Shown in pieces: positions 20,713 through 33,400 of a DNA stretch of 64,000 nucleotides; the stretch's first letter is position 1, and each line of letters starts with the position of its first letter. The DNA comes from Minutocellus sp. GHC0000111 (lineage: Eukaryota). Location of the stretch: the NCBI GenBank assembly GCA_977018835.1, contig OZ361258.1, positions 3,782,001 through 3,846,000 on the forward strand. Direction: 5' to 3'. Below the pieces are notes generated by a model that was not told the DNA's origin, did no database searches, and saw only the letters and a list, made by a program, of their open reading frames with translations. A program made the position numbers and the translations under genes.

Positions 20713-22439
20713 ATGTCCAACGCAACTCCACAGTACCCCCCGGGTCATGACCCTCGGACCGTCGAGTCGTCGGCCGACATCAAGTACAACCTCGGAGACA
20801 TCGACGGAGCCAAGATGGTCTACCAGCAGGCCCTATTGGACTGGGTCGACGATGCGCGCGAGTCGTCGTCCGCCGATACCGAGGGCATGAAGAGGGCGGT
20901 GGCCGATCTGTGGATAAACTTTGCAGCCCTCAACCGCAAGGCCAACCGCTTCAAGGGGGGCACCGAAGCGTTCGAGGGGGCTGTGTCGTGCGAGATTGCC
21001 GGGAGAGATGGCAAGGTGTGGCTCGAGTATGCCAAGTATCAGGAGGAGCGGGAGCGTCACAAGACCGCGCAGAAGATTTATCTGCGGGCCTTGATCGGTG
21101 ATGACAAGAGCGGTGGAAGGCCGGGAGCCGAGGAGGCATCTCATCCCATGCTGTGGGAGGAATTTCTACGAATGACCAGAGATTTGAACAAAAACCCGAA
21201 CCTGTCGATGCAGGATCTGCGTGATGCGGTGGAGAAGGAACACGTGTCGCAGATGAAGATGGATGATGGTGGTGCCGATGGTGGTGACGGGCCACCACTC
21301 AAGCGGGCCAAGATGGAAGATGACTTGGCTAATGTTTCTGCTGCTGCTGCTGCTGCTGTTGCGGTCATGCCGATCCCAGGCCAAGGGCAACAAGTCATGG
21401 CGATTGATACCCCCGTAATCAATGCAGAGAGTATTGAGAAGGAGACGGCCGAAGCTGTTGACCGGATGAAGGAGCTTTCGCCGGATATTTCGGCTGCGTG
21501 GTTCGCTCGAGATGGATCAGACTCACCATCCCGACCTGAACCTCCTCTCTTTACTCCGTCTCCGCCCAAATTTTCCGATGCCACTGGAAGGGAAGTTCTT
21601 GGCGATGAGCTCGCTCTCAAACTGATCCAAATGCTTCTAAAAAAGGATGAATCCGATCAGTCTGGAAACATCCTGTTGGATGTATGTCGCGCCTGCTGGA
21701 TGATGACTGCTCTGAAGGAGAAGGAGGCGTCCAAGGCCATTGAGACGTTGGATAATAAGATGGTAAGTGGTGGTAATCACGGCGGCTTTTCGTTAGATTT
21801 TTATTTTTGATTCTGTTCTATATTCACAACCATCAAATTCACGAACCTCTAATGAAATTAACACAGAGTCGCGATCTGGAGGCCCTCGAGGCAACGTTGG
21901 AATCGCGGGCGTCCGTTGCGGGAGAGGCGGCTCTCGCGGCAGTCCAAATGATCAACGATGCGGAAAAAAATAACTTCCTCGCTGGTTGCAATCAAATTCG
22001 GCAGCAGCTGATTGATGGCCATGCGTGGCAATTCCGTGAACTCTTGGCAGTGCAGCAGCAGATTATGACCAAGGCAGGTGTTCCGTATTTCGAAGGACCG
22101 ACGGTGGATGCGTCTATTATACACATTCAGGCCAATATTTGTGCCTTTATGCATTCGGCCTTTTTCCTCCGTGCAAGGATTGGAGAGAAACAACATTTGG
22201 CCATGCTAACGGCGCAGGAAAAGCGGCTTGCAGAGGCTGTCAAGTCGGCGCCGCCATCGTTTCCGCCAGGTGTTGGTGGTGGTTATGGTGGGGGCGGTAT
22301 TCCCGGGCAGTATCAGCAGCAACCGCCACCGCAATTTGGTGGATATCAGATGCAACCGCCGCCACCACAGCAGATGTACCACATGCTTCCACCTCAAGGT
22401 ATGCCACAACCTCCTCCTGGGCCGAATCCTTATGCTTAG
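20713..22439 (+). CDS. HAT/TPR-repeat protein with Pro/Gln-rich C-terminus; two exons (intron 21763-21866)
   Basis: HAT-like LWINFAAL, VWLEYAKYQEER..AQKIYLRAL and LWEEFL. A phase-0 intron GTAAGT...ACAG joins DNKM to SRDLE. Confidence 0.7.
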
Positions 22440-22533
22440 GCCTACTACATAGCTAGTAGCGAGAACGTCGTTGTAGGGATCCCTACAGCTATTAATTCAA
22501 GGTTAGTTCAATATTTATTGGCAATCCTATCAT

Positions 22534-23637
22534 TTATTTGCTCTTCTTTTTGCCCCCCTTTTTCTTTTTGCCCTTGCCCTTGGTAGATGAGGAGCATCGA
22601 TTGAGAGCATTGAATATTGCTTCATCTAACACACTCTTTGGTTCAATTTTTATTGTATGGACTCGCTTGTTGTCTTGAAGGCTCGGTAGCAGGGCCCGTC
22701 CTCCTTCGTCGCCAATACAATTGAGCGTCAAATCGATTGTTGTGAGAGTAGGGTGAGCGGCAACAGCTGGGCCGAACATGCCTAGTGCTGACACATCGTC
22801 CGATGTGGATCTGATGCCATTGTCGGCTACAACAAGTTCCACGAGCGAGGATTTCTGGGGTAGACCTTGCGCGACGCTCTCCAGTCCTTTCCCACCGATT
22901 TTATTTCCAGTCAGATTGATAGATGTGAGGGCTAATCTCTTGAACGACAACATCTCCGCAATGCTCGCAGCTCCGTCTGAATCAATGTTGCAGTACTGGA
23001 CACTAAGACTTTTTAGTGTTGAGTTTGTTCTGAGGCCCTTGCATAAGGCAGAAATGCCCTCGGACTTGAGATCGCTGTTGTGGTCGAGCCTCAGCGAGGT
23101 AAGGGTGGTGTTGGTGGCGCAGGAAAGCGACCTGCCCAGCGCAAAGGCTCCACGGTGACCTATTTTGCAATCCATTAGTTCCAGGAATGAAATGTTGAGC
23201 TCCTTGGCACCGAGTCTGAGTAATTCGGCCAGCGCCACAGCTCCGTCATCTCCGATCCGCGACCAACATATTCGGAGATCGGTCAAGAGCGTGAAAACGA
23301 TTGGCTCGCCGGCCTCTGTGACGGGTAACCCACACCCTCTGCCCAATAATGCCATCGTCAGTGCTCGACATCGACCGGGGCCGAGAAGATTATCGTCCGA
23401 TTCGCCGTCTTTAGCACAGATAGCAATCTGCTTGCCGTGGTTTTCGTTTTCGGTTGCATCTGCCTTTTGCTTCAGTGCCACGATGACGGGATCATTTGGT
23501 GATGGAGAAAGTCCGATTGTGACACAGACCTTTTTATATGATGCCAACAATACCGCCGGGTCTTTGCCTTGGCAATCATCATTGTCGCCTCTCGTCTGCT
23601 TTTTGGAGTCGCCGCCCTTTTTCTTTCCCGAGGACAT
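22534..23637 (-). CDS. Ribonuclease-inhibitor-type leucine-rich repeat protein with Lys-rich termini
   Basis: Repeated LxxLxLxxNxIG.xG...L units; KKK-rich N- and C-termini. Confidence 0.85.
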   Translation of the reverse strand: MSSGKKKGGDSKKQTRGDNDDCQGKDPAVLLASYKKVCVTIGLSPSPNDPVIVALKQKADATENENHGKQIAICAKDGESDDNLLGPGRCRALTMALLGRGCGLPVTEAGEPIVFTLLTDLRICWSRIGDDGAVALAELLRLGAKELNISFLELMDCKIGHRGAFALGRSLSCATNTTLTSLRLDHNSDLKSEGISALCKGLRTNSTLKSLSVQYCNIDSDGAASIAEMLSFKRLALTSINLTGNKIGGKGLESVAQGLPQKSSLVELVVADNGIRSTSDDVSALGMFGPAVAAHPTLTTIDLTLNCIGDEGGRALLPSLQDNKRVHTIKIEPKSVLDEAIFNALNRCSSSTKGKGKKKKGGKKKSK

Positions 23638-23829
23638 TGCTTCATGTGCTACAGCTCGGTGTGGTGTGTTGTGGAATGAGTACGAAACTAACATGACACA
23701 TCAGTTGTCATGTTAGTTTTCCAATTCCCACGAGATCTGGACTTGGCACTTTTTACTCCGGCGGGTTCAGAAATGACAATGTGGCCACCGAGGACTCGAC
23801 TCATCGCCCTTGCCCTGTGAGATAGCACC

Positions 23830-26800
23830 ATGGAATCTGTGGCTTCGACCCTTGACTTTATTCGCAAGCAGTCAGCCGCGAGAAGATCTGATTACAATGA
23901 AAGATGGAAAGTAGATGTGGATGTGAATACGGGTGCAGGTACAGATGCAGATGATGATAAGAAGGGGCGCTCTCACTTCGCAGTGGCGCCTCTAGTCCCT
24001 CCTCGTCCATTGGTGGAAGCAGATGATCCTTCATCATGCATTGGTGACCACATGTACGAATATGCCGCCTCCCCGACCACAAGTACTTCGGCCGCTATCC
24101 CTTCTTCTGCAGCTCATAGGACTGACGGGCAACGATACGTTGTCGAGTACTACCCTCCCGGCAATGCTGCTACTGCGACAGACTTTACTATTGGCAGCCA
24201 AGAACGAAGCGTCTCGTCGTATGTTCGTGCCACGGCGACCGATGCATCTGTCTATTCACGAGCGAGCTACAGCGATTACTCCCTGCCGTCGTCTGCTCCT
24301 ACCACTCGTTCCACAACCGATCGGCTACATCGCGCAGGATCATTGTTGCAGGGGTTGTCGTATGCTGAGCTGGATCTCCCCGTCAATGCGGACGCCGTCG
24401 ATCGTCTTCGGGCAAAGTAAAATAGATTGTCGAGTGAGAATAGTGGTGGAATCGGCAGCCAGAGCCGGATCGATGATATTGGCGCAAGGAATAGATCAGC
24501 TAGAGCATCAGCGTCGATAAGGAATTGTCCTGTGCCCAGTATTGTCGATTGCATTCCTGACGATTCTGCAAGTGCAGTCGAAACAATAACGGTCGCTTCT
24601 TTCCCTACGCGGTCACGTCATCTCCCTCTTCCTCCTTCTCGACCTTGCAGCGCCATGAGCGCAATATCATCAGCTAGCCGGTTTAGTGCTAGTACCAGCA
24701 CTACAGGTGCCAGCAAGAAGCGACCTCATCCGGCTACGAATTGTGTATTTGACCCTTCCATGATGCAGGGATCTCGGCGGGCAGCACTCAAGGCAGCGAA
24801 GCGAGCCAAGGACGAGGCAGCGGCCAAGGCAGAAGAGCGTCGCATGAGATTATTCAAAGCGAGACCACTGCCCTGCGGAGGGACCGTCACCAGCAATCTC
24901 TTTGCACCGACAATGGCTAGTACCAATGCTAGGGCAAGTGGAATGGCCAATATGCATAGCATTGTATCGGCATTACCGGCGTCTATGATCACAGGCAATG
25001 GTAGTCGTCCTGGTACTAGCCATTCTAGAGCCTCCAGGGCAAGCTTTTCGTCGCTGCCAGCATCCTTATCGCGACATTCTTCTGTTGATTCAAGAAATCG
25101 GACAAGGAGCGATACTCATAGTACGCGTTCTCTCAAGTCAGTTTCGCCACTGCGGTCTGCCCCATCACCAACAGTAGTAAATCGACGGAACGCTGCAAAG
25201 AGAAGAAAATTTTTGGCAGAAATCGATGAAGAAATTCGGACTGAGATGGACGTGGCCATTGTTCCGTATGACGAAGAGTTTGCGAATGACAGTGACGACG
25301 TGTCGGTCGCAAGTGATGGTAATGATATGTCGACCCTGCAGCATCAGATTGCCATATTGGAAGCCCAGCTACGGCAGACACGTTCCTATAATGAACGAAC
25401 GTTGGACGAAATCGAAGCTCTTGATCATTTGGAGGACATTGATTGCAAGAACATTACATTTGACCAAGACGACGAGAATACCAAATGCAGGGGGCAGAAT
25501 TTTTCATACAACGAAACTCCACGTGACAATCCTCGTTGTACTAGAACAACTGGTACCCCATCGCGTCCACCATCTGCCATCGACTCGCTCTACCATCGTC
25601 AGGAAAAGTGGGCATCTACTGTTGAGAAGAGATTAGAGGACGCTCGGCTGAAAAGAGCCGATGATATCATGAGTGGTTTCACCGGTAAGCCGCAGATTGG
25701 CAGCACAGGAGATTCCTGGCAGCGAGCCAAGGCGGCGCACGATGCCGTCGTTCGACGAGTCAGCAAGGAACCAGAGCACGAGGAGGTCCGTGGAGGTGTT
25801 CATGAAAAAAAGGAAGAGACGGCAGTCAGTCCAAGTTCGAAGCTAGAAGAAGAAGCTGATACGATCAAATCAAATACAAGGCCAGTCGATAGGAAGAGGC
25901 AGGCCGATTATGCAGAGCGACTCGCTCGTCCTCGATCAATTGCTGTACCTCCTGCGCCTGTCCCGAAAGAAAAAGGACGAGATAGCGATGAGATAGACAC
26001 CAAGAACAAGCTAATGGTGCCGAAATCACCTTTTCTTTCTTCCAATGACGGAAGGCAGACCGTCAAGACATCTAGTCAAACTCCAACAATCGATCTCTTG
26101 ACCAACGTTGATACATTGGCTTCCAATGGGGCAAGGAAAAATCATGTTTCGAATGTTCCCAACGAGAACAACAAATCTTTTGCTGACATGAACGATAAAG
26201 AATTTGCCAACATCATGAGGAGACTTGGTATCAAGAGCATTCCAAAGACCAAGGGAGAGAAGAGCAAGAAACCATGTGCGACAATTTTGTCGTTTGCTAC
26301 CCTTGACAACGAGACGGCGAACAAGCTGCCCCTGGAAGCTTATTTGGGCTCATCGCCCAAGTCCAATGGAAAACGGCCGCCAAGATCACCACCAACAGGT
26401 GGAGGTCGATTCGTCAGCTCGGAGGCTCAAGCGAATCTACTCAAGAAGATTACAGATCAAGAGAGAGACGCCGTTGCAAAGAAAATTAGAGGACCAGTAA
26501 GGTCTGCAGAAAGTGCTTTCTCTAATAATGGCAGAAGCTCGTCGATTGAAAGTAGCAAAGCTGATTCAAACGTCACCTCGAGCTCGTCTGGTAATACTGA
26601 AGTCGAATTACCGACAACGAGGGTACCCGCACCAGCAGAAGCCCGGCAGATGGAAAATTTTCTGTCGCTCAAGGAGCCATATCAGCGATACGAAGCAGGC
26701 CAAGCACCGTTTTTTGATAAAAGCTCCAGCGACGAACGTGGCCGGTTTCGTGTCAGGGATGCGTCTTCCTTTGACCCTACCAGCATGAGACAAATCGTTG

Positions 26801-26979
26801 GACCCGACAGCGACACCGACGATGGCGTCATGCTTCTTGTTGGCGAGAAATATGGTGAGAACGGCTATCGAAGGAAAGAGTATGCGATTACCATCCTCTT
26901 TGATCGTCGGAAATGGAAGGAGGAGGATGCAGAACAATGGTGGAAAACTCAACGCCATAGATTTGTTGATGATTCATAG
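23830..26979 (+). CDS. Large low-complexity/coiled-coil protein with FKARP motif and compact C-terminal domain; in-frame TAA at 24418-24420 (one gene with a nonsense change, or two genes)
   Basis: ORFs 23830-24420 and 24427-26979 are in the same frame; RLFKARPLP resembles TPX2/FAM161-type motifs. Confidence 0.6.
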
Positions 26980-27055
26980 CTACAACAAATTGCACTGTAT
27001 TTGTTACAGTGTTAGATAAGATTATTTTTACTAAGACAAGTTAGTTTTTACGAAA

Positions 27056-28397
27056 CTACACGACAGCCTCGTCATCGCTACTATCATCTCCAAAGAGGGC
27101 TTGGACGGCTGAAGACTCACGCCTTGCGATTGTGCTCATAGTCAGCATTGCCAGCGGCAAAACTAGTTCCTCGGCATTCTCAGTATCAAACGACTCGACC
27201 GCCGGCAGTGAGTAAGGCGGGCTCTGCGGGAGATAAGCCGATGGAGAGTAGGCTGGGCTCGACGGACCAGGTTGAGGAGAATGAACCTGTGGAAATGGCG
27301 TTGGCGAATAGGCCGGTGACGAAGGTGAATACGCAGGGCTGAGAGGAGAGTAGGCTGGGCTCTCTGGCGAATCATCAAACAAATTTGATGGGGTAGAGGG
27401 TGGTGAACGCGCTGGAGACGAAGGCTGAGGAGAAGGTGTCGTCACTGCTGCCGTCATTGGAGTTGGCATTTGATCTGGAGCAATATCGAGGGCGTTCTTG
27501 TCCCTTGCGGCAACCATATCGTTCAGGCGGTCGATCTGGGCTTTCAACTGCTGTACGATATCAGCCTTGCAGCGGCGTGCATGTTGCTCGTAGTGCCCCA
27601 TCTGGCCTGTCCACGAACACCCCTCATGGGTATAAGGACACCTCACAGAACACACGACGAACCAAACCTTTCAGCGGCATTATCTGCTCCTCGGTAATGG
27701 CGATGCGATCCATGGGGCAGCGGTTTGACCTCTTCATACTTTCCGCCAAGCAATCCCGACAAAAACAGTGCTGACACTCTGTGACCACAGGATCCAGAGG
27801 TAGCGATGCAAAACATATAGCACATCTAAAGCCGGACGGGATCGATCCATCTTCAGCGGCTAGTGGCGGGCGAATCTTTTCAGAAAGGCCAATTTTCTCT
27901 TGCAGCAGACCCAAGATCAAGACCAATGACTCTTGAAGAAGCTTGCCCTTGCCCTCAAGCTGCTGGGAGATATCATTCGTCTTGACCAGTAGAGCCGACA
28001 TGCTGTTGCGTAGGGCTTGACTCTCGGCCATCGCGGCTTTGCTCTGAGCCCTGGCCGACTGGACTTCTTCCCGTAGCTCGTTGATTTCCAGCTGGGCCTC
28101 ATACTTCAATACCTCCGTCTCGAGTAAACACTCTCTCTTGACCCTGGCTAGCTCATCCCTATGCTCGTCGCGCGATTTACCAAAACGAAAGGTCGTTTCA
28201 GTAACGGTGGATTCGTCAAAGACGGGTGGTGGAAGGTACTGGAAAGAAATAGGTGTTTCTACCATTGATCGTCTACGACTGTTTCCTTTGGCAGTGACGG
28301 CAGCTCGTCCTAGCGAGAATCGTAACCCATCGTCGACGAGAAACGCATCGGGATCAACGAGGAGGACGGCCTCTTTTTCTTCTGGTGCCTCTGCCAT
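27056..28397 (-). CDS. RING-HC plus TRAF/SIAH-type zinc-finger E3 ligase-like protein; frameshift at about 27645
   Basis: CAIC..LPLDPVVTECQHCFCRDCL...CPMDR, then VRCPYTHEGCSWTG..HYEQHARRC in the next frame; C-terminal YSPxSPA repeats. Confidence 0.8.
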
Positions 28398-28698
28398 GTT
28401 GGTGTACATAGAGGTAGAAAGTAGTGGCAACGACAGTCGGTGCCAAAAGTTTGAAATCTACAAATCTGCTGCAATCTGGTGAAAGATCTCCTACCCCGAA
28501 AACACGGGGTTTCTAACTCACGCACGAAACCAGCACGAAACCAAGCAACCTCGAAAATCATGCCACAAGATGGCGAACCGCGCGTTAACCGCCGGTATTC
28601 CACCACGCACGCTGATACCATACTCACCTACTCCCGCAAAGAGTAGTAATACATTCCTGCCTGCTGATATCTTGGTGCCCAGGTCGATACAAGTAACA

Positions 28699-30342
28699 AT
28701 GTGCACGCTCAGCACATCCGCCAGCTCCCTCGGAGGTCTCGTCTGCGTCACCGCCGCCCTTCTTCTCAGCTTCAACTTGGACCATGCCGATGCCTTTGCC
28801 GTCCCATCCAGGCATACTGCTGGTGGAATTGCACCCGCATTGCCTTCTAGAATAATAGGAAGAAGTGACAGCATTATAGCAGTGGCACACATGTCGTCTT
28901 CGTCCGATGACGAATCATCGTCGTCGTCGACCGCCACCAAATCAGCAGAAGGCAAGAAGCAATCACATTCCTCGGCGGTCCCGACCATCGAACGCGACCC
29001 CGACGACGAGATTACCTCCGAGAAGGTGTTCGGCGCCGAATTCTTCGGCGGCAACAAGGTCAAGGAGGAGCTGTTCGATCCCGTCGCCGAGGATCGGGCC
29101 GCCGAGCTGGCCCGGCAGGAGCGCGATGCCCTCCAGCTCGATGGAGGACGGACGGTCTACCGTCGCTTCGAGGATGCCACGTGCTTCGTCGATGGGGAGG
29201 CCGCCGACGTGGCACGGCGGCTGCAGGCGGCGATCAATGGGGCGCTGTATGACGAGGATGAGGCCGTGTCCATGTACGCCGCGAACGTGGACTGGACGAC
29301 GCCCTTTCCCCGTGCCAGGGGGTCGCAAACACCTCTGGATGAGTTGACGAATGCTCTGTCGTTCTACAAGAGATTGGACTTGGCAATCGTCGGTGGCAGA
29401 TCGTTGCCCGGCAGCAGCAATGGCGACAGTGGACGGAACGAGATGGAATTTCGCTGGGAGGTATCGATGGAGTGGCCCAACTTTTGGGAATCGCGAGTTC
29501 TGCTCACGGGCACGTCGCGGATTGTGCTCGATGGCACCTCCGGCAAGATCGTTTCGCAGACCGACAAGTTGGACGGTGGCGACAACGTCGTTGCTGCCAT
29601 CGGATCGCAGCTCAATCCACGCTTTTGGGATCTGTATCACATCGGCATGACACCGTCGGCTGAATTGGCACCGCGGCTGCAACCTCGGGGGGATGTCAAG
29701 AAGGGATTGTTCTCTGGTTCGTACGAGCTTTGCGAGGTTCCACCCCGTCTTGTCGTTCAGCCAACGTTGCTTGACCTTGGTGGCAGAGACGAACGGATTG
29801 CTCAGGTAGTTCCCAACCACGCCTTTTCCACCATTATCAAAACGACCGGTCCAAAAAAGCAGCGTTACGTCCCCGTAACGCCCGTGGAGGTGGCCATTTC
29901 CAGGGATATGGAGGCAGGGGCTAACCGAGTAACGTGGTCGATCCCCATCGCCCCCGAGTTCCTTGCCGCGGCTGGATCTGATGGTGAGCTCCCACTTCCT
30001 GCCCCGGATCAGGATATGTCTGCCGATGTAAAGGCCGAGTCGGGATACAAGCTGCAGCCCCGCCGGCTCGTGGCGACCGTCCCCTATGGCGGCAACCCGC
30101 AGGATGAGGATGTTTCCAAGGTACGGAAGGAGCTGTACGATTCCATCATAAAGGATGGTTTGAATCCCAAGCTCGACGAGAACGGTCGACCGATGTTCTT
30201 CTTTTGGCAGAACGATGCCAAGGCATGCTTCGTTTCCGACGGTGGCCTTGGAATGAGCGTCTACGAGTGGAGGCCAAAGTTTGCCAACGGCAATGCCGTG
30301 GGCATCGAGTTGGAACGAGGCTCGAATCTGGAGAGAAGATAA
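28699..30342 (+). CDS. Plastid-targeted protein with DUF2358/SnoaL-like and SOUL-like domains
   Basis: Signal peptide ending HADA-FAV; FRWEVSMEWPNFWE..LLTGTS...GKIVSQTD; C-terminal KELYDSIIKDGL.P...NAVGIEL. Confidence 0.6.
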   Translation: MCTLSTSASSLGGLVCVTAALLLSFNLDHADAFAVPSRHTAGGIAPALPSRIIGRSDSIIAVAHMSSSSDDESSSSSTATKSAEGKKQSHSSAVPTIERDPDDEITSEKVFGAEFFGGNKVKEELFDPVAEDRAAELARQERDALQLDGGRTVYRRFEDATCFVDGEAADVARRLQAAINGALYDEDEAVSMYAANVDWTTPFPRARGSQTPLDELTNALSFYKRLDLAIVGGRSLPGSSNGDSGRNEMEFRWEVSMEWPNFWESRVLLTGTSRIVLDGTSGKIVSQTDKLDGGDNVVAAIGSQLNPRFWDLYHIGMTPSAELAPRLQPRGDVKKGLFSGSYELCEVPPRLVVQPTLLDLGGRDERIAQVVPNHAFSTIIKTTGPKKQRYVPVTPVEVAISRDMEAGANRVTWSIPIAPEFLAAAGSDGELPLPAPDQDMSADVKAESGYKLQPRRLVATVPYGGNPQDEDVSKVRKELYDSIIKDGLNPKLDENGRPMFFFWQNDAKACFVSDGGLGMSVYEWRPKFANGNAVGIELERGSNLERR

Positions 30343-30419
30343 GCATTCAGATCTAAAACAAGCGTTTAATGTAGCACTTCTTCCTTATTATATATTAGTA
30401 CTATTTCGATGGCTCTCTA

Positions 30420-33400
30420 TTACGATTGCTGGCACTCAGGCTTCCCCTCAATCTCAGAGCCGGGCTGTGTTGCATCGATCAATGATCGTGGCTTCTTCTT
30501 CTCATGCCGAGCATCAGCGCTTGATTCGAATGCAAGATTTTGAACATTCTCTTTCGCTACCTCGTCGTCCAGCGGATCTTCCTCTTTTCTTCCGGCACCG
30601 TCGCCGATGTCCTTCATATCAGGCGATCGGGCGGTGTGGAATGATTGCACACTGTGAACACTCATGTTGGTGGCATCCATACTCATGCTCATGTTGGCGG
30701 AAGAAGCACCGCCGATTGCATGATTTCTCTCCATTCGCTGAAGAGCAAGCTTGGTGGTTGTCAGAGCCTGCTTCACCTTGTTCAGCTCTTCTTCCAATTC
30801 CCACGATCTTTGGTCTGATTTCTGCACGTCAGACAAGTACGAGGAATTCTTCATGACCAGTTCACGCTTTTCGTCCTGCAGTGTCTGGATGGTATCCTCA
30901 TACTCGGCACGAAGAGCGGAGATGGTAGATGTGTCCTTGGTGGCACCATACTGTCTTGACGATGACGTTACATCAGTGGAATGGGAAAAGTCAAGATCAA
31001 AGGGAGCCGCGCCTCCTTGTGCGAGCTTCTTCTTGAGGCCCTTATTCTCTTCAAGCATTGCATTAAACTCCTGCTGAAGTGTCTCGAACTGCATCTGCGT
31101 GCCACTGTCCGATCCATACCGTGATCCAAGCATCCGGCGGTAACGATCATTGTCGCCCGTTAATGTCATTTTCTCCCTTTCGAGCTTCTTGATGCGATCT
31201 TGGAGCTCCTCGGCTTCCTGAATCAGCTCCGCCTGACGCCCACTGGCAACCTGAAGCTTTTGCTTGTACTGCGTAATCTTGGCACGCGCCTTCTCCTCGT
31301 ACTCCTTTTGCTCCTCCGTGAATTGAGCGCACATTTGCCGAATCTCATCCTTCTCGGCAGTGTGAGCCTCCTCCTTGGCCGCCATCTCTTCGGCAGCCTT
31401 GGCCTTGACATCTCGGATCATATTCTTGCCCTTGGCTACCAGCTTCTCCCTCTCCTCCTTGGCTTGGGCGGCAGCTTCCTCCATAGCCGATGCATGCTGC
31501 TTCTCCAAATCAGCAATGCGCTGCTCAGATTCTTCTTGCGCAGATGTGAGAGCCGCCGATGTTGACGCTTCCAATTTCGATAGAGCATTGGACGACTGCT
31601 CCTCGATGGATCGCTTCTCCTCTTCAGCCTTCTCGAGAGCCTCCTTGCACCGAATTTGCTCATCTTCCAGGAGGGAGTTCATCCTTGTCTCCAAATCCTC
31701 CATATCTTCCCTAGCCTTGTCAATCAGACCCTGCTTGGTCTCCTGGAGGGTCCGTTCGGCATCAATCAAAGCCTTTTGGTGAGCGAGCTTCTCATCCTTT
31801 AGCTCATTTCCCAAGTTGGACACGTCATTGTTGAGAGTAGCAATTTCGAGCTTGAGCTGCTCTTCCCTGAGCATGCTATCTCTCAACGCCTGCTGAGCCT
31901 CTGACAGTTCATTCTTAGTGGCCAAAAATTGCTCCTTGTAGCGCTGAGCAAGGCGTTGGTTATCATCGAGCGACTCTTCAAGTTTCTGCACAGAATCATC
32001 CTCTCTCTGCGAAGCAAATGCCTTGAGACGAGCATTGTCGTTCCTCAAGCTCTCCATCTCGGCCATGAGCGCAGGATTCAATTCGCTGTAGATTGTAAAA
32101 GAGCAAAGCATTCAACATAAGTTCGTTTCATTCGGCATGATGATATGTCATTGACTGCGCAGATCCAAGCGTCATAATACTCACCTCAATCCCTCTCCAA
32201 CAGCGGGGCCCTTGGCACCACCAGAGGATTCGGTATCTTCCATCAGCCGCTTTCTCAGACCCTCGGTCTCCGACTGGTGGATCATGACTCCCTGTTTGAG
32301 TTCCTTGTTCATACCGGTCAGCTCCGAACTGATCTTTTGCAGATTCTGCAGCTCCTCCTGACACTCGGCCAGTTTCACCTCGGCATCGACGGCCCGAGTT
32401 TTGTAGTCCTCCAACTGCCGGCGAAGGGGCTGGAGCGACTTGAGCTCGTTTTCCAGTTCCAACCCACGAGCGATGGCAGCACCGTGTGCCTCCTCCGCCC
32501 TGGTCAGCGCCTCCTTGGCGTCGCCCATCCGCTCCAGCTTCTCCCGGCACTTGCGGAACTCCTCCTCGGTCGAGGCCAGCCGCTCCTTGGTATGGTTTAG
32601 GACGTCCACCTCGTCGCGGAGGGCATCGAGCTCCTCCCGCGCGTCGGCGGCATCCTTTCGGCAGTGACGGAGCTCCTCCACCTCCCTCCGCAGGGCGGTT
32701 AGCTCCTCGGAGTACTGATCGCTAATGTCCTTCTCGCGGGCGATGGAATCGGCCTCAATCTTCATCTTCTCGGCCCGGTGCTTGGATTCGATATCATCCA
32801 GCTGCGATCCCAGATCGGCCTCCCTCTGCCGGGCCACCTCCAACTCCTTCCCGACGAATTCGAGCTTGCCCTTGAGGTCTTGAATCTCCTCCATGGCGGC
32901 TGTGGAAGTTGTGGTGGAATGATCATAGCTAGTGCGGCTGTGCTTGGCGCTGCTGTTTCCACCATTTGCAGCTGAATCATCCTCGTCATCGTCATCGGCG
33001 CCATCATTGGCAGTGGCAGCCGGTGAAAAGACACTCCCGACGGGACTGAAGATCTCATCATTGGCACCGCGATGCATCTTGACGGCCGACATGGGACACT
33101 GTCCCATCTTCTTTGTGGACGTTACTGGAGTGGTAGCATTGTCACGATCGTTCTCCTTTTCATCACATCCATCCTCCTCCACGATGGCCTTGGACCTCTT
33201 CTTGGCGGGAGTGTAGCCACTCTTGAGCGGGGACATCATCCGTGCCCCGTTCCGGCCGGACAGGATGGACTCCATGACGCTCGCCACGCTGGCGGCACCG
33301 ACCGATGCATCGTCGTCGTCTTCCCCGCCGTCGTTATTGTTTGAGGCTGCTGCATTGGCATTGTTGACGTCGCTGATAATCTTCATCAGGGACATTTGCT

